In this document: positions 25,928 through 37,711 of the stretch, in pieces | Position numbering within the stretch: position 1 is the first letter of the stretch | Layout: every line of letters begins with the position of its first letter | From: Treponema sp. | Lineage (GTDB): Bacteria; Spirochaetota; Spirochaetia; Treponematales; Breznakiellaceae | Direction of reading: 5' to 3' | NCBI GenBank assembly: GCA_031254365.1 | Contig: JAIRUN010000097.1 | Span: 1 to 42,602, forward strand | DNA length: 42,602 nucleotides | Position numbers and translations under genes: made by a program | Notes under the pieces: model-generated | The model's database searches: none | What the model was told of the DNA's origin: nothing | What the model saw: the letters and a program-made list of their open reading frames with translations, nothing else

Positions 25928-26389
25928 TTATTCGGCATCGGCTTTTTCTGCCTTGTCTTTGGACTTTTCTTTCTTATCCGTGTCTTTAGCTTCTTTCTTC
26001 TTGGCCTTTTTATCAGCCCCTTCAACATCCAGTTTATAATCAACGAGTTCCAGAATCACTTCTTCCGCGGCATCGCCGCTCCGTTCACCGAGTTTGATAA
26101 TTCTGGTATAGCCGCCCTTTCGTTCATTCATCCGTTTGGCGATGTCGTTAAAGAGCTTGGCGACAATACCCTCGTCAAACAAGCGGCTGGAAACAATCCG
26201 CCGGTTATGAACCGTGTCTTCCTTGGCGCGGGTGATCATTTTTTCCGCAGTACGGCGGACTTCCAGCGCCTTGGCCTTGGTGGTTCTGATCCGCTCATGC
26301 CTGAACAGGCTGGTTACCATGCTGCGGTGCAGCGCCTTCCGGTGAGCCGCCATCCGCCCAAGGGGGTTAAATCCTCTTCTATGCTTCAT
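25928..26389 (-). CDS. rplQ: 50S ribosomal protein L17
   Basis: [24 protein letters not shown]; charged C-terminal tail. Confidence 0.97.
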   Translation of the reverse strand: MKHRRGFNPLGRMAAHRKALHRSMVTSLFRHERIRTTKAKALEVRRTAEKMITRAKEDTVHNRRIVSSRLFDEGIVAKLFNDIAKRMNERKGGYTRIIKLGERSGDAAEEVILELVDYKLDVEGADKKAKKKEAKDTDKKEKSKDKAEKADAE

Positions 26390-27434
26390 CTTCAGCTTCC
26401 TTTCGTGGTTCTACCCGGACCGCATTTTTAAGAACATTCATGTCGGTTATCCCCAGACTCAGGTTCCACTCTTGCAGTTTTTCCTTTATTTCCTGGAGAG
26501 ACTTTTTCCCGAAATTGCGGGTTTTGCCAATATCATCTTCGGATTTCCTGGTTAATTCCCCGATGGTTTTTATATTGGCGTTCTTGAGACAGTTCGATGA
26601 ACGGACGGAAAGTTCAAGTTCTTCGACAGGCGTATTGAGAATCGCCCGGATACGCTCATTATCCTCATCAAGATCGTCCTCAATGCCATAGTTGTTTTCA
26701 TCAAAGTTAATAAAAACCGAAAAATGATCCTTCGCGATTTTCGCGGCTTCGGCAAGTGCGTCATCGGGCTTGACAGTGCCATCAGTCCATACCTCAAGCA
26801 CCAGCTTGTCATAATCGCTTCGCTGGCCAACGCGGGTCGGCTCTACGGTGAACTTTACCTTTTTGACCGGTGAGAAAATCGCGTCCAGCGGAATCGTACC
26901 GATAACTTCCACATAACGCTCGTTCACTTCGGAGGGTACATAACCCCGGCCAAGATCGATCTGGATTTCAAAATCCACCCTGGCATTATCCATCAGGGTC
27001 ATTATGTGCTGACCGGTACTCAAAACCTCAACCTGACCGATACGGGCAAAATCATCGCTCTTTACTTCGGTCTTACCTGACCATTCATACAGCAATATAT
27101 CCTGCTCGCTATCAGCGGGAAGTTTCAGACGTATCTGCTTGAGGCTGTTGATCACCTCCACCGTATCTTCAACGATATTCGGGATCGTCTCAAACTCGCT
27201 GGAAATGCTGTGAGCGGTTCCGGCGGCATCATAGGAAGTGATCTTGACTGCGGTTATTGCGTATCCCTGAATTGAAGAAAGGAGGACTCTGCGCAGCGTA
27301 TTACCAACAGTCATGCCGAATCCTGGTTCAAACGGGGCGCCAACAAACTTGCCATAATTGGAGCGATTCTCGCTGGGTTCAAGTGTAATACCTTTAGGAC
27401 GTTTGAATCCTTTTATAAGGTTCTTACGGGCCAT
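26379..27434 (-). CDS. rpoA: RNA polymerase alpha subunit
   Basis: [30 protein letters not shown] and NFGKKSL motifs. Confidence 0.98.
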   Translation of the reverse strand: MARKNLIKGFKRPKGITLEPSENRSNYGKFVGAPFEPGFGMTVGNTLRRVLLSSIQGYAITAVKITSYDAAGTAHSISSEFETIPNIVEDTVEVINSLKQIRLKLPADSEQDILLYEWSGKTEVKSDDFARIGQVEVLSTGQHIMTLMDNARVDFEIQIDLGRGYVPSEVNERYVEVIGTIPLDAIFSPVKKVKFTVEPTRVGQRSDYDKLVLEVWTDGTVKPDDALAEAAKIAKDHFSVFINFDENNYGIEDDLDEDNERIRAILNTPVEELELSVRSSNCLKNANIKTIGELTRKSEDDIGKTRNFGKKSLQEIKEKLQEWNLSLGITDMNVLKNAVRVEPRKEAEDEA

Positions 27435-27443
27435 AGGGTCTCC

Positions 27444-28079
27444 TTATTTAGAATATAATTCGATAATCATCTGTTCCTTGATATCGCCAAGATCAGTTAT
27501 ATCACTGCGTCTGGGCGCGGCAAGGAACTTTCCTTTCATTGCGTCAGGATCAAGGGAAAGCCAGGGCATAAGCCCGGACTTGCCGTATTCCTTTAACGCA
27601 TCCTTAAAAATAGTCATGCTCCGGCTGCCCTCGGCAATGCTGATTTCATCTTCAGCTTTTACGAGGTAAGACGGAATGCTCACTTTTTTGCCATTGACCA
27701 GCACATGACCGTGCAGTACGATCTGACGGGCCTGGCTTCTGGAAACAGCAAAACGGAGGCGGTAGATCACATTATCAAGCCGCCGTTCCAGCAATACAAA
27801 AAGATTCTCGCCGGTGATACCGGGCATACGTGAGGCCCGTTCAAAGAAAAGATAAAACTGCTTTTCCTGCATTCCGTAGATTCTTTTGAGCTTCTGTTTT
27901 TCACGAAGCTGCACTCCGTATTCGGAACGTTTTCCGGGCCGGGCCTTGGGGTCTTTTCCGGGCGCGGCTCTTTTTTTATTGATGGGACATTTGTCGCTTT
28001 TGCAGCGGTTTCCCTTGAGCATCAGTTTTTTCTGCTCGACCCGGCACATTCTGCATACGGGGCCGGTATATCTTGCCAT
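27444..28079 (-). CDS. rpsD: 30S ribosomal protein S4 (four-Cys zinc-binding form)
   Basis: MARYTGPVCRMCR..C..C, QLREKQK, LERRLDN motifs. Confidence 0.97.
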   Translation of the reverse strand: MARYTGPVCRMCRVEQKKLMLKGNRCKSDKCPINKKRAAPGKDPKARPGKRSEYGVQLREKQKLKRIYGMQEKQFYLFFERASRMPGITGENLFVLLERRLDNVIYRLRFAVSRSQARQIVLHGHVLVNGKKVSIPSYLVKAEDEISIAEGSRSMTIFKDALKEYGKSGLMPWLSLDPDAMKGKFLAAPRRSDITDLGDIKEQMIIELYSK

Positions 28080-28105
28080 AATCCTTCTCCCTTATATGGC
28101 TACCG

Positions 28106-28489
28106 CTATATGCGGCGCGTTTTTCTCGGCCTGCAGCCGTTATGCGGAATGGGGGTAACATCATTAATCGACTTGACTTTGATACCCAGCGCCCCAAGCT
28201 GCCGGATAGCCGATTCCCTGCCGATACCAGGGCCTTTAACATACACATGCACTTCTCTCAGGCCCGCCTGTAACGCCTTTTGAGCGGCGGTCTCGGTTAC
28301 GGTTTGAGCCGCAAAAGGGGTTGATTTTTTCGCGCCCCTGAATTGCAGCATACCGGAACTTGCCCAGGAAACCGTGTTCCCCATAAGATCGGTAATGGTA
28401 ACAATTGTATTGTTGAAGGTCGCCTGAATATAGACATTGCCTTCGTATACCGATTTTTTCTCTTTCCGCTTCTTAGTGCTTGCAGCCAC
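28106..28489 (-). CDS. rpsK: 30S ribosomal protein S11
   Basis: [16 protein letters not shown] and [12 protein letters not shown] motifs. Confidence 0.98.
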   Translation of the reverse strand: MAASTKKRKEKKSVYEGNVYIQATFNNTIVTITDLMGNTVSWASSGMLQFRGAKKSTPFAAQTVTETAAQKALQAGLREVHVYVKGPGIGRESAIRQLGALGIKVKSINDVTPIPHNGCRPRKTRRI

Positions 28490-28502
28490 TCAATCCTCCT
28501 GC

Positions 28503-28868
28503 CTATTTCTTCTTTCCGGCAACGGTTTTCTTTTTGCCTTTTCGCGTGCGGGCATTAGTCCGGGTACGCTGACCCCGAAGAGGCAGCCCCTTGCGATGCC
28601 GTAAGCCCCGGTAACAGCCGATATCCATAAGCCGCTTGATATTCAAGGCGACTTCGGTACGCAGACGGCCTTCTACCTTGTAGTCATTCTCGATAATCTG
28701 CCGCAGTTCGTTGAGCTCTTCCTGAGACAGATCATTGATCAGCCGCATGGGATCGAGCTTCGCCTTTTGACAAATCGCGTCCGCGCTGGACCTGCCAATA
28801 CCAAAGATGTAGGTCAACGCGATATTAACATGTTTATTCGGGAGGTCAACTCCCACCAGACGCGCCAT
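28503..28868 (-). CDS. rpsM: 30S ribosomal protein S13
   Basis: LTYIFGIG and [23 protein letters not shown] motifs. Confidence 0.98.
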   Translation of the reverse strand: MARLVGVDLPNKHVNIALTYIFGIGRSSADAICQKAKLDPMRLINDLSQEELNELRQIIENDYKVEGRLRTEVALNIKRLMDIGCYRGLRHRKGLPLRGQRTRTNARTRKGKKKTVAGKKK

Positions 28869-28876
28869 AGTCTCTC

Positions 28877-28990
28877 CTAACCTTGCTTCTGTTTATGTTT
28901 GGGATTCTGACAGATGATCCGAATGATCCCATTTCGCTTAATCACTTTGCATTTATCGCAAATCGGCTTAACACTGGTTCTGACTTTCAT
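28877..28990 (-). CDS. rpmJ: 50S ribosomal protein L36 (zinc form)
   Basis: Below the track length cutoff. Manual translation [37 protein letters not shown]. Confidence 0.97.
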   Translation of the reverse strand: MKVRTSVKPICDKCKVIKRNGIIRIICQNPKHKQKQG

Positions 28991-29018
28991 CCTTCATATT
29001 CTCCTAAATCTTCAACTT

Positions 29019-30347
29019 TTACAAGTTCCGGCCCCTGAGCCGTCCTTTCTTGGTCAGTCCATCCTGATGATGCATCTTCAAGAGCGCATTGATCTGACTC
29101 ATCGTATCCAAGTCAACACCTACCAAGATCAGGAGGCTCGTGCCGCCCATAAGGTAGGAAATCGACGTGGGGAAATTAAACGCCCACTGAATAAAAGTGG
29201 GAATAACCGCTATCAACGCCAGATATAATGATCCGGGAAGCACAATACGGTTCAATATTCTGGTGAGATATTCCTCAATGCGTTCCGTTCTGATCCCCGG
29301 AATGGAACCGCCGTTTTCCCGAATCTGCTTTGCTATTTCGATGGGGTTCAGTGTTACCTGTGTATAGAAATACGCGAAGAAGATTATCAGCAAAACGTAC
29401 AACACATTGTACAGCGGGCCGCGGGGACTCAATGCCTGAGACATACTCGCCAGCCAGGGGACATTACCGCCGATAGTGGAGGCGATTTGCAGGGGGAAGG
29501 TGAGGATCGATGAAGCAAAAATAACCGGAATGACACCTGACGGATTGATCTTGAAGGGGATGTATGTATTCTGAGCGCCGAACATTCTCCTTCCAACAAC
29601 CCGTTTGGCGTAATTCACCGGTATCTTCCGCTGCCCCTGCTGCTCAAATACTACCAGAGCGACTACCGCCACAAACATTACAAAAACCACAATTACAAAA
29701 ACCAGATTAAGGTCTCCGCTTCGTACCCTGCCTCCGAGTTCCCATATCGCCTGCGGCAGCCGGGCCACGATACCGGCAAAGATCAACAGCGAAATACCAT
29801 TGCCGATTCCCCGTTTGGTGATCTGTTCTCCGATCCACATGAGGAATATCGTCCCCGTAGTAACAGTGAGCATGGCAATGAGGGTAAAAGGAACCATATC
29901 AATGCTGAGCAGATTATCCACACTGCGGGAAATGCTCTGGGCGTACTGGGTAACGGCAAAGGACTGAATCAGGCAGACCACAACGGTTCCGTAACGCTGC
30001 CATTTCTGAATCTTCTTACGTCCCCCGTCCTCCTGAGATATTTTTTTGAGGGTGGGAAACACGATAAGCAACAACTGCATGATAATCGACATGGAGATAT
30101 AGGGCATGATCCCCAGCATGAACACCGAGAAATTGGAGAACGCGCCGCCAGCGAAGAAATCCAGATAATCAACAATGGGGTTCCCTGAATTCGCCTGCGC
30201 AAGGAAATACGCGGAAAGTTCGCGGACATTGATCCCCGGTATGGGGAACACCGCGCCGATTCTGAACACCACGAGCATTCCGGTGGTGAAGAGAATCCGT
30301 TCCCGAAGTTCCTTTACTCTAAAAATGCCGATTAAGGGATTAGCCAT
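29019..30347 (-). CDS. secY: Preprotein translocase SecY
   Basis: LGIMPYISMSI, GIGNGISLLIFAGI, GVIPVIFASS, IPGIR and GGTSLLI motifs. Confidence 0.98.
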   Translation of the reverse strand: MANPLIGIFRVKELRERILFTTGMLVVFRIGAVFPIPGINVRELSAYFLAQANSGNPIVDYLDFFAGGAFSNFSVFMLGIMPYISMSIIMQLLLIVFPTLKKISQEDGGRKKIQKWQRYGTVVVCLIQSFAVTQYAQSISRSVDNLLSIDMVPFTLIAMLTVTTGTIFLMWIGEQITKRGIGNGISLLIFAGIVARLPQAIWELGGRVRSGDLNLVFVIVVFVMFVAVVALVVFEQQGQRKIPVNYAKRVVGRRMFGAQNTYIPFKINPSGVIPVIFASSILTFPLQIASTIGGNVPWLASMSQALSPRGPLYNVLYVLLIIFFAYFYTQVTLNPIEIAKQIRENGGSIPGIRTERIEEYLTRILNRIVLPGSLYLALIAVIPTFIQWAFNFPTSISYLMGGTSLLILVGVDLDTMSQINALLKMHHQDGLTKKGRLRGRNL

Positions 30348-30851
30348 TTATTTTTTCCCATCCGTTTTGGGCCGGGCCTTTTTGGGCCGCGCTTTTTCAA
30401 GCGGCGGATTAACTGTTACATCGCCGCCCGCTTTTTCGATCTTCTCTTTTGCCGAGGCGGAAACCGCGGCAACCTTGAAACTCAGTTTCTTGGTAAAATC
30501 ACCAGTGGCGAGAATCTTCACCGGCGCGGAACCCTTGATCAGTCCCTTTTTATGAAGTGAAGCGACATCCACGGTCTCGGAGGCTGCATAGCGCTTTTCG
30601 ATCTCGCCGAGGTTGACGATCTGCCATTCTTTTTTGAAGGGATAGTTGGAGAAACCCCGATGGGCGAGCCGCCGGTACAGGGGCATCTGCCCGCCTTCAA
30701 AGCCGATGTATGTTTTGCCGCCGGAGCGGGCATTCTGCCCCTTGTTTCCCTTGCCGGAGGTGGTTCCCCTGCCGGAACCCTGACCGCGGCCGACGATCCG
30801 TTTACGCTTGTTCGCGCCTGCGGGGGCGTGCAAATCAAAATCATGCGCCAT
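30348..30851 (-). CDS. rplO: 50S ribosomal protein L15
   Basis: VGRGQGSGRG and FEGGQMPLYRRL motifs. Confidence 0.97.
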   Translation of the reverse strand: MAHDFDLHAPAGANKRKRIVGRGQGSGRGTTSGKGNKGQNARSGGKTYIGFEGGQMPLYRRLAHRGFSNYPFKKEWQIVNLGEIEKRYAASETVDVASLHKKGLIKGSAPVKILATGDFTKKLSFKVAAVSASAKEKIEKAGGDVTVNPPLEKARPKKARPKTDGKK

Positions 30852-31033
30852 TATTTTACATCCTCTACTGATACTAAATGAGATACAGCTCTCACCATTC
30901 CCAGAATCGCCGGGCTTGCTTCCTGCTCGGTGCTGGAACCGATTTTCCGCAGACCCAGAGAACGGACTGTGGCCCGCTGTTTGGGAAGGGCTCCAATGGT
31001 ACTCCGCACGAGGCGGATTCTGATTTTCGCCAT
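30851..31033 (-). CDS. rpmD: 50S ribosomal protein L30
   Basis: [25 protein letters not shown]. Start at ATG 31033. Confidence 0.95.
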   Translation of the reverse strand: MAKIRIRLVRSTIGALPKQRATVRSLGLRKIGSSTEQEASPAILGMVRAVSHLVSVEDVK

Positions 31034-31035
31034 GA

Positions 31036-31716
31036 TCAACCCCACAGTTCCTTCAGGGACTTGCCCCGGTTTTTCGCAACGGTCTTGGCATCCATGAGTT
31101 TGCTGATACAATCAAAAGTCGCCTTGACCACATTGTACTGGCTCGATGCGCCAATGGATTTTGACAGCACATCGGTAACGCCTCCGGCTTCCATAATTGC
31201 CCGCACCGGTCCTCCGGCGATAATGCCGGTTCCCGAACAGGCAGGCTTGAGCAGCACCCGTGACGCTTTGAACAATCCGGTTACTTCATGGGGAATAGTC
31301 CCGTTTTTTACCGGCAGCATCACCATGTTGCGCTTTGCCTTGTCGATACTTTTGCGAACAGCTTCGGAAACATCATTGGCCTTGCCAAAGCCATAGCCTA
31401 CTTTGCCTTTCCGGTCGCCGATGACCGTAAGGGCCGAGAAAGAAAACCTGCGCCCGCCTTTGACAACTTTGGCGGTACGGTTGAGCTTTACCAGTTTTTC
31501 GACAAATTCCTTGTCTGCGGGATCCCGGTCACGGTCGCGATCACGTCCGCGTCCCCGGCGGCCTTCGCCTCTGCCTTCCCTTCCTTCGGAACGGCCTCCA
31601 GCAAATCCTCTGGCGGCGGCAGCGCTATTGGCGGTTTCGCCGCCGGTGCCACCACTGGCATCCTGAGTATCAACTGCGCCGTTAGCTGCAACTTCTTTTT
31701 CTTCCACGTTTTCCAT
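31036..31716 (-). CDS. rpsE: 30S ribosomal protein S5 with long N-terminal extension
   Basis: [15 protein letters not shown] and GTGIIAGG motifs. AGAGG SD before the ATG at 31716. Confidence 0.96.
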   Translation of the reverse strand: MENVEEKEVAANGAVDTQDASGGTGGETANSAAAARGFAGGRSEGREGRGEGRRGRGRDRDRDRDPADKEFVEKLVKLNRTAKVVKGGRRFSFSALTVIGDRKGKVGYGFGKANDVSEAVRKSIDKAKRNMVMLPVKNGTIPHEVTGLFKASRVLLKPACSGTGIIAGGPVRAIMEAGGVTDVLSKSIGASSQYNVVKATFDCISKLMDAKTVAKNRGKSLKELWG

Positions 31717-31730
31717 TCTAACCTCTATAT

Positions 31731-32093
31731 TTAGAACTGAACCCCGGCTTTCCGGGTTCCATCGGCCAAAGCCTTGATTAAACCATGATACAAATATCCG
31801 TTGCGATCAAAAACCACGGATTTGATATTTTTTTCCAGAAGCCGCTTGCCCATGACTTCGCCAAGCTGCGCCGCTCCTGCAACATTCGCCTTGATTCCCC
31901 GCAGTTCTTTTTCCAGAGTGGAAGCGGATACCAGCGTATGACCTTTGGTATCGTCAATGATCTGAACGGCAATACGGCGATTACTCTTCGTAACAGTCAT
32001 CCGGGGCCGCTCAGGCGTACCGGATATTTTCTTGCGTATATGAACCTTTCTTTTTAACCGTTTCCGGTCTTTTTCCAACATCTTTTGCAGCAT
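31731..32093 (-). CDS. rplR: 50S ribosomal protein L18
   Basis: GTPERPRM and [12 protein letters not shown] motifs. Confidence 0.97.
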   Translation of the reverse strand: MLQKMLEKDRKRLKRKVHIRKKISGTPERPRMTVTKSNRRIAVQIIDDTKGHTLVSASTLEKELRGIKANVAGAAQLGEVMGKRLLEKNIKSVVFDRNGYLYHGLIKALADGTRKAGVQF

Positions 32094-32102
32094 ACCTATA
32101 CC

Positions 32103-32642
32103 CTATTTCACACCAGATTTTCCAACTTTCCGCCGGATAATTTCATCCTCATAACGGATTCCCTTGCCCTTGTACGGTTCAGGGAGCCTGAGCTTGCGAA
32201 TCTGGGAGGCAAACTCCCCTACCCGCTGCTTGTCAATTCCGCTGACTGTTACCTTTCCGGCAGCATCGGCAGCAACAGTGATACCTTCCGGAATACCGAC
32301 AAAAATGTCGTTGGAGTAGCCAAGACTCATGGACAGGAGCTTTCCCTGTACTTCGGCGCGGTAGCCAACGCCGGTAACAACTAGCGTTTTACTGAAACCG
32401 GCAGAAACTCCGGTAACCATATTATTAAGGAGATTCCGGTACAGGCCGTGGAAGGCTTTGGTTTGCTTCTCCTCGTTTGCCCGGCTGACAACTATTTCTT
32501 CACCCTTGTCCTCAAAGGCAATGATGGGGTGATACTTCTGGCTGAGTTTTCCTTTGGGGCCTTCAACGGTCATCACTTCGTTTGCGAAACTGACCTTGAC
32601 CCCTTTGGGAACCTTAACCGGTATTTTTCCGATACGCGACAT
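32103..32642 (-). CDS. rplF: 50S ribosomal protein L6
   Basis: [15 protein letters not shown] and [11 protein letters not shown] motifs. Confidence 0.98.
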   Translation of the reverse strand: MSRIGKIPVKVPKGVKVSFANEVMTVEGPKGKLSQKYHPIIAFEDKGEEIVVSRANEEKQTKAFHGLYRNLLNNMVTGVSAGFSKTLVVTGVGYRAEVQGKLLSMSLGYSNDIFVGIPEGITVAADAAGKVTVSGIDKQRVGEFASQIRKLRLPEPYKGKGIRYEDEIIRRKVGKSGVK

Positions 32643-32644
32643 AT

Positions 32645-33043
32645 TTACCACACAGTACAGATGATTTCACCGCCGACTTTTTTCTCGGCGGCTTTTCTCC
32701 CGGTTGTTACTCCCTGGGAGGTAGAAACGATCAGGGTTCCATAGCCGTTAAAAATTCTCGGCATGGATTTATAACCCATGTACACACGGCGTCCGGGCTT
32801 TGATACCTTTTCAATGCCGTGAATAATCGGGACGGTTGCATCATCGTATTTAAGGAAAACCCGAATCACATTTGCACCGTCCTGATTCGCCTTCTTGAAA
32901 TTTTTGATATACCCTTCGGTCTTCAAAATCTTGACAATCTCAAGTTTCAGCCTGGAGGTGGGGATATCAACTTTTTCGTGCTTTGCCATTCCGGCATTCC
33001 GGATCTTGGTCAGCATGTCCGCAACGGGATCAGATACGCTCAT
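32645..33043 (-). CDS. rpsH: 30S ribosomal protein S8
   Basis: [20 protein letters not shown] and GGEIIC motifs. Confidence 0.98.
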   Translation of the reverse strand: MSVSDPVADMLTKIRNAGMAKHEKVDIPTSRLKLEIVKILKTEGYIKNFKKANQDGANVIRVFLKYDDATVPIIHGIEKVSKPGRRVYMGYKSMPRIFNGYGTLIVSTSQGVTTGRKAAEKKVGGEIICTVW

Positions 33044-33052
33044 CCTGTACTC

Positions 33053-33238
33053 CTACCAGCTCGATTTGGTTACGCCGGGAATAAGTCCTTCGCTCGCGAG
33101 TTTACGGAAGCAAAGACGGCACATTTCATATTTCCGCAGATAACCCCTGGGCCGTCCGCAGATCCGGCAACGGTTAACTTTTCTTGTTTTATATTTAGGC
33201 GTCCGCAGCGCCTTGATGATCATTGCTTTTCTTGCCAT
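33053..33238 (-). CDS. rpsZ: 30S ribosomal protein S14, type Z (zinc form)
   Basis: 61 aa, [24 protein letters not shown]. Start at ATG 33238. Confidence 0.96.
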   Translation of the reverse strand: MARKAMIIKALRTPKYKTRKVNRCRICGRPRGYLRKYEMCRLCFRKLASEGLIPGVTKSSW

Positions 33239-33257
33239 ATTACTTGTTACCTCCTCC

Positions 33258-33812
33258 CTATTTCCTGAAAGGCATCCCGAATTTACCCAGGAAAGCCTTT
33301 GCCTCCGCATCGGTTCTCGCCGTTGTTACAATAACAACGTTTAATCCGGCTACCTTTTCAATTTTATCAAAATCAATTTCAGGGAAAATGATCTGCTCCT
33401 GTATTCCCAGGGAATAATTCCCGTGTCCGTCAAAGGCATTCTGGTTGATGCCCCGGAAGTCCTTAACACGGGGAAGCGCCACATTCACCAGCCGGTCAAA
33501 AAATTCATACATCATCGTTCCGCGAAGAGTTACTTTCGCGCCGATTTCCTGACCTTCCCTGATCTTAAAGTTCGCAATGCTCTTGCGGGCCTTGGTTTTT
33601 ACCGCTTTTTGCCCGGTTATTTGGGTAAGGGTGTCAATGGCCGCGTCAAGGAGCTTTTTATTCTGCAAGGCCTCCCCTACTCCCATGCTTACCACGATTT
33701 TTTCCAGCTTGGGAATCTGCATGGCGGACTTGTAGTTGAATTCCTTGAACAGCTCAGGGGCTATTTGCTCCTTATAAATTTTCTTGAGCCGGGGCACATA
33801 GGTATTACTCAT
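33258..33812 (-). CDS. rplE: 50S ribosomal protein L5
   Basis: [14 protein letters not shown] and FDGHGNY motifs. Start at 33812 (TAATG overlap). Confidence 0.98.
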   Translation of the reverse strand: MSNTYVPRLKKIYKEQIAPELFKEFNYKSAMQIPKLEKIVVSMGVGEALQNKKLLDAAIDTLTQITGQKAVKTKARKSIANFKIREGQEIGAKVTLRGTMMYEFFDRLVNVALPRVKDFRGINQNAFDGHGNYSLGIQEQIIFPEIDFDKIEKVAGLNVVIVTTARTDAEAKAFLGKFGMPFRK

Positions 33813-34135
33813 TACAGCGCCTCCCCGCATTTTTTGCACACTCTCGTCTTATCGCTGCCTTCGAGCTTGTAACCGATACGGGTCGGCCCGCATTTTTTAC
33901 AGACGATCATCACATTGGAACTGTGAAGCGCAGCCTCTATCTCGACAATACCGCCGCGATCCTGCTGTTTCCGGCGCTTCTTGGCTTTCTTTACCAGATT
34001 TGCCCCTTCCACAACGACACGGTCCTTGTCACGGAGGATTTTGAGAATCCGCCCCCGCTTGCCCTTGTCCTTACCTGCGATGATCTGGACGGTATCTTCT
34101 TTTTTCAGTTTAAATTTATGTACTGCTTCTGCCAT
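33812..34135 (-). CDS. rplX: 50S ribosomal protein L24
   Basis: KOW motif [19 protein letters not shown]; two CKKC motifs. Confidence 0.97.
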   Translation of the reverse strand: MAEAVHKFKLKKEDTVQIIAGKDKGKRGRILKILRDKDRVVVEGANLVKKAKKRRKQQDRGGIVEIEAALHSSNVMIVCKKCGPTRIGYKLEGSDKTRVCKKCGEAL

Positions 34136-34143
34136 AAAAACCT

Positions 34144-34515
34144 CTATAAAACCTCAGGGGCAAGGGATACGATCTTCATGTACTCGCCCTTTTCCCGCAG
34201 TTCGCGGGCAACCGGCCCGAAAATACGCTTTCCCTTTGGATTCAACGCGGCGTCAATTATAACGCAAGCGTTGTCATCAAACCGTATATAGGTTCCGTCG
34301 GGGCGGCGGTACTCTTTGTGAGTGCGTACCACCACCGCCTTCTCAACCGTACCCTTTTTGACGGCCGAAGCGGGCAATGCCTCTTTGACCGCCACAACTA
34401 TAACATCACCAATCCCCGCGTACCTGCGGTGAGTGCCGCCCAGAACCTTGATGCACTGGACGCGCTTGGCGCCTGAATTATCAGCCACATTCAGGAAGCT
34501 TTCCACTTGAATCAT
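34144..34515 (-). CDS. rplN: 50S ribosomal protein L14
   Basis: [15 protein letters not shown] and IVSLAPEVL motifs. Confidence 0.98.
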   Translation of the reverse strand: MIQVESFLNVADNSGAKRVQCIKVLGGTHRRYAGIGDVIVVAVKEALPASAVKKGTVEKAVVVRTHKEYRRPDGTYIRFDDNACVIIDAALNPKGKRIFGPVARELREKGEYMKIVSLAPEVL

Positions 34516-34530
34516 TTTCCCTAAACCCCT

Positions 34531-34803
34531 TTACTTGGCACGCTCGAGGATTTCCGCAAGCTTCCAGCACTTTTCCTTGCTGATGGGCCGACATTCGATC
34601 ACGCGGACCCGGTCGCCCATTTTCGCATCGTTGGTCTCGTCATGGGCCTTGATTTTTTTTGTCCGCTTGACATATTTCTTGTACATCGGATGCAGGGCGA
34701 GTGTCTCAATGGCGACCACAATGGTCTTGTTCATTTTGTCACTCTTGACGTAACCCACAAATTCTTTTTTACCGCTTCTGCTTTTGACTGCCTGTTCCGC
34801 CAT
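34531..34803 (-). CDS. rpsQ: 30S ribosomal protein S17
   Basis: SDKMNKTIVV, KAHDE and ECRPISK motifs. Confidence 0.97.
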   Translation of the reverse strand: MAEQAVKSRSGKKEFVGYVKSDKMNKTIVVAIETLALHPMYKKYVKRTKKIKAHDETNDAKMGDRVRVIECRPISKEKCWKLAEILERAK

Positions 34804-35024
34804 TATTTAGCCTCCGCTTTATCCGCGTTTTTCTGCGCCAGCATTTCATGCTGATGGATAAGGGTATTAAGCCGGGCAATCTGCCGGCGCATTATGCGCT
34901 TTTGCAGGGGATTGTCTATATGTCCAATAATCACCTGAAAACGGAATTCCATGTACTTCCTTTTCAATTCATCCCGCCTGGCCTTGAGTTCGGGAAATGA
35001 AAGGCTCTTGAATGAATTTTTCAT
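34803..35024 (-). CDS. rpmC: 50S ribosomal protein L29
   Basis: MKNSFKSLS..RRQIARLNT; position between rplP and rpsQ; AGGAG SD before 35024. Confidence 0.92.
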   Translation of the reverse strand: MKNSFKSLSFPELKARRDELKRKYMEFRFQVIIGHIDNPLQKRIMRRQIARLNTLIHQHEMLAQKNADKAEAK

Positions 35025-35034
35025 CGCCTGACTC

Positions 35035-35463
35035 CTAAGCCCCCAGTTCCATATCGGAACGGGCAACAAATTTGGTTTTTATGGGAAGTTTGGCCCCGGC
35101 CAGAGTCATCGCTTCTTCGGCGAGAGTCCGGTTGATGCCGCCGCCCAATTCAAACATAACGGTTCCCGGTTTTACCACAGCCACCCAGTATTCGGGGCCG
35201 CCTTTGCCTTTGCCCATGCGTGTTTCCGCGGGTTTTTTGGAAAAAGGCTTGTCGGGAAAAATGCGTATCCATATCTTGCCACCCCGCTTTATATGACGGT
35301 TCAGGGCGATACGGGCCGCTTCTATTTGCCGGTTGGTGATCCACATTCTATCCATCGCAACCAGGCCATATTCGCCGAACACCACTTTATTACAACGAGT
35401 GGCGTTACCCGGCATATTGCCCCGCTGCACTTTCCGGCGCTTTACACGTTTCGGACTTAACAT
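35035..35463 (-). CDS. rplP: 50S ribosomal protein L16
   Basis: [13 protein letters not shown] and RMGKGKG motifs. Confidence 0.98.
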   Translation of the reverse strand: MLSPKRVKRRKVQRGNMPGNATRCNKVVFGEYGLVAMDRMWITNRQIEAARIALNRHIKRGGKIWIRIFPDKPFSKKPAETRMGKGKGGPEYWVAVVKPGTVMFELGGGINRTLAEEAMTLAGAKLPIKTKFVARSDMELGA

Positions 35464-35468
35464 CGCTA

Positions 35469-36179
35469 CTACCCTCTTACCCCCGCAGGCATACGCTCCC
35501 GCCGTTTGCGGACCAAAGCGCCTGCGTCTTCCTTCTGTTCTTTACCGTATTTCATGCCGTTGTATACCCAGACCTTTACCCCGATGGAGCCAAAAGTGGT
35601 ATGGGCTTCGGCAAAACCGTAATCAATGTCCGCCCGCAGTGTGTGCAGGGGAATGCGCCCTTCTTTGGCTTCTTCGGTACGGGACATTTCCGCGCCGCCG
35701 AGCCGTCCTGAAAGCCGGACTTTTACGCCCTGGGCGTTGCCTTTTTTGATCGCGTTGGTGATTGCCTGCTTCATGGTCCGCCTGAACGAAGACCTTGCCA
35801 AAAGCTGGCGGGCAATGTTCTGCGCGATAATCTGGGCGTTATTGTCGGCGTTCCGCACTTCCTTGATCTTGATTTGAATTTTTTTGGCAACCTGCTTTTG
35901 CAGATCATTGCCGATCTTCTCGATATTCGCGCCCTTGACCCCGATGATAACGCCGGGCCTGGCAGTATGAATCGTAATGGTGATCCGCTGGGGATGCCGG
36001 ATGATCTCAAGCTCGGCAATATCCGCGCCTTTGGTTTCGGGCATATCCAGAATGATCTTGCGCAGTTTCAAGTCCTCGTGCAGCGTATTGGCATATTCTT
36101 TGGGATCAACGTACCAGCGGGAACCCCAGGTTTTGTTGATGCCGATCCGCAGTCCGATCGGGTTTACTTTTTGTCCCAT
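35469..36179 (-). CDS. rpsC: 30S ribosomal protein S3
   Basis: [21 protein letters not shown] and [11 protein letters not shown] motifs. Confidence 0.98.
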   Translation of the reverse strand: MGQKVNPIGLRIGINKTWGSRWYVDPKEYANTLHEDLKLRKIILDMPETKGADIAELEIIRHPQRITITIHTARPGVIIGVKGANIEKIGNDLQKQVAKKIQIKIKEVRNADNNAQIIAQNIARQLLARSSFRRTMKQAITNAIKKGNAQGVKVRLSGRLGGAEMSRTEEAKEGRIPLHTLRADIDYGFAEAHTTFGSIGVKVWVYNGMKYGKEQKEDAGALVRKRRERMPAGVRG

Positions 36180-36559
36180 TATTTCTCCGCCTTTTTGGAT
36201 GCCCCGGAATTTACGGTTTCATCAATTACTACGGTGATATGACACATACGCTTCAAGAGCATATCCGCCCGTCCTTTACCCCGAAACCATATCCTTTTCA
36301 GCCGGGGGCCTTCATCAATAAGAATTTCCCGCACATAGAGCATATCCTCATCAAGCTGCTTGTTGCCGGAAAGGGCATTGGAAGCAGCGGATTTTACCGT
36401 TTTGCGGATAAGCCGCGCCCCTTTGTGGGGCATATTTTCCAGCAGGGAAATCGCCTCTGGATAAGGCCGGCGGCGGATGAGATCAGCCACGGGCCTGATT
36501 TTATAGGGCGATCCCATAAGGTATTTACTGATCGCTCTGTAACCGGTTTTCGTTTCCAT
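36179..36559 (-). CDS. rplV: 50S ribosomal protein L22
   Basis: [21 protein letters not shown] and CHITV motifs. Confidence 0.96.
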   Translation of the reverse strand: METKTGYRAISKYLMGSPYKIRPVADLIRRRPYPEAISLLENMPHKGARLIRKTVKSAASNALSGNKQLDEDMLYVREILIDEGPRLKRIWFRGKGRADMLLKRMCHITVVIDETVNSGASKKAEK

Positions 36560-36574
36560 ATACCTTCTACCTGC

Positions 36575-36856
36575 CTATTTCGCGGCGGCTTTCTTGTCAG
36601 AGCCTGAATGCCCCCGGAAAATCCGGGTGGGAGAGAACTCGCCAAGTTTATGACCGACAAGGTTTTCCGTGATGTACACGGGAACCCAGTTTTTACCGTT
36701 ATAAACGGAGATGGTTCCGCCAACCATTTCAGGAATGATGGTAGAACACCGGGAATAGGTTTTAATCATTTTCCGTTCCCCGGACTTGCTCAACTCCAGC
36801 ACCTTTTTATACAGGCTCTTCTCAATGAAGGGCCCTTTCTTAATGGACCTTGACAT
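36575..36856 (-). CDS. rpsS: 30S ribosomal protein S19
   Basis: [10 protein letters not shown] and [12 protein letters not shown] motifs. Confidence 0.98.
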   Translation of the reverse strand: MSRSIKKGPFIEKSLYKKVLELSKSGERKMIKTYSRCSTIIPEMVGGTISVYNGKNWVPVYITENLVGHKLGEFSPTRIFRGHSGSDKKAAAK

Positions 36857-36870
36857 ATTCCCTTACCTAC

Positions 36871-37701
36871 CTACTTTTTCTTCCCGCGGCTGACGATAAA
36901 CCGGGAGGAAGGCTTATGCTTTTTCCGGGTCTTATATCCCTTAGTGGGCTGACCCCAGGGGGTCACCGGGTGAATACCCTTGCTCCTGCCTTCACCGCCG
37001 CCGTGGGGGTGATCAACCGGGTTCATTGACATACCGCGGACTGTGGGACGCACGCCCAGCCAGCGCTTGCGGCCCGCTTTTCCCAAAGTCGTGTTCATGT
37101 GATCTTCATTGCCAACGGTTCCGATTGTCGCATAACACTTTTTGAACACCATGCGCATTTCGCCTGAAGGAAGTTTAAGGGTAACATAGTCCCCTTCCTT
37201 GGCGGCGATGAGCGCGCCGGCTCCGGCTGAACGGGCCATCTGCCCGCCTTTACCCAGTGTAAGTTCGATATTGTACACGGTAAAACCCAGCGGAATATTT
37301 TCAAGGGGCAGGGCATTACCCGGCTCGATGGGGGCGTTGGGGCCGCTCATTATGGCAGCGCCGGCTGCCAATCCCTTGGGCGCGATGATGTAACGTTTCT
37401 CGCCGTCTTTATAGTTGATGAGGGCGATGTTGGCGCTGCGGTTGGGATCATATTCAATGGTGGCGACTTTACCGGGAATACCGATCTTGTCCCGCTTGAA
37501 ATCAATGTCCCGGTAGCGGCGCTTGTGACCGCCGCCCTTGTGCCATACGCTGATTCTGCCATTCGAATCCCGTCCGGCTCTTTCAGGGCGGCCCGCAGTG
37601 AGGGATTTTTCCGGCTTGGCTCCTTTGGTCAATTCAGAAAAATCAAGACTGGTCCACTGCCGCATCCCCGGCGTAATTGGTTTATATGTTTTAATTCCCA
37701 T
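36871..37701 (-). CDS. rplB: 50S ribosomal protein L2
   Basis: [13 protein letters not shown] and [13 protein letters not shown] motifs. Confidence 0.98.
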   Translation of the reverse strand: MGIKTYKPITPGMRQWTSLDFSELTKGAKPEKSLTAGRPERAGRDSNGRISVWHKGGGHKRRYRDIDFKRDKIGIPGKVATIEYDPNRSANIALINYKDGEKRYIIAPKGLAAGAAIMSGPNAPIEPGNALPLENIPLGFTVYNIELTLGKGGQMARSAGAGALIAAKEGDYVTLKLPSGEMRMVFKKCYATIGTVGNEDHMNTTLGKAGRKRWLGVRPTVRGMSMNPVDHPHGGGEGRSKGIHPVTPWGQPTKGYKTRKKHKPSSRFIVSRGKKK

Positions 37702-37711
37702 AATTATTTAC

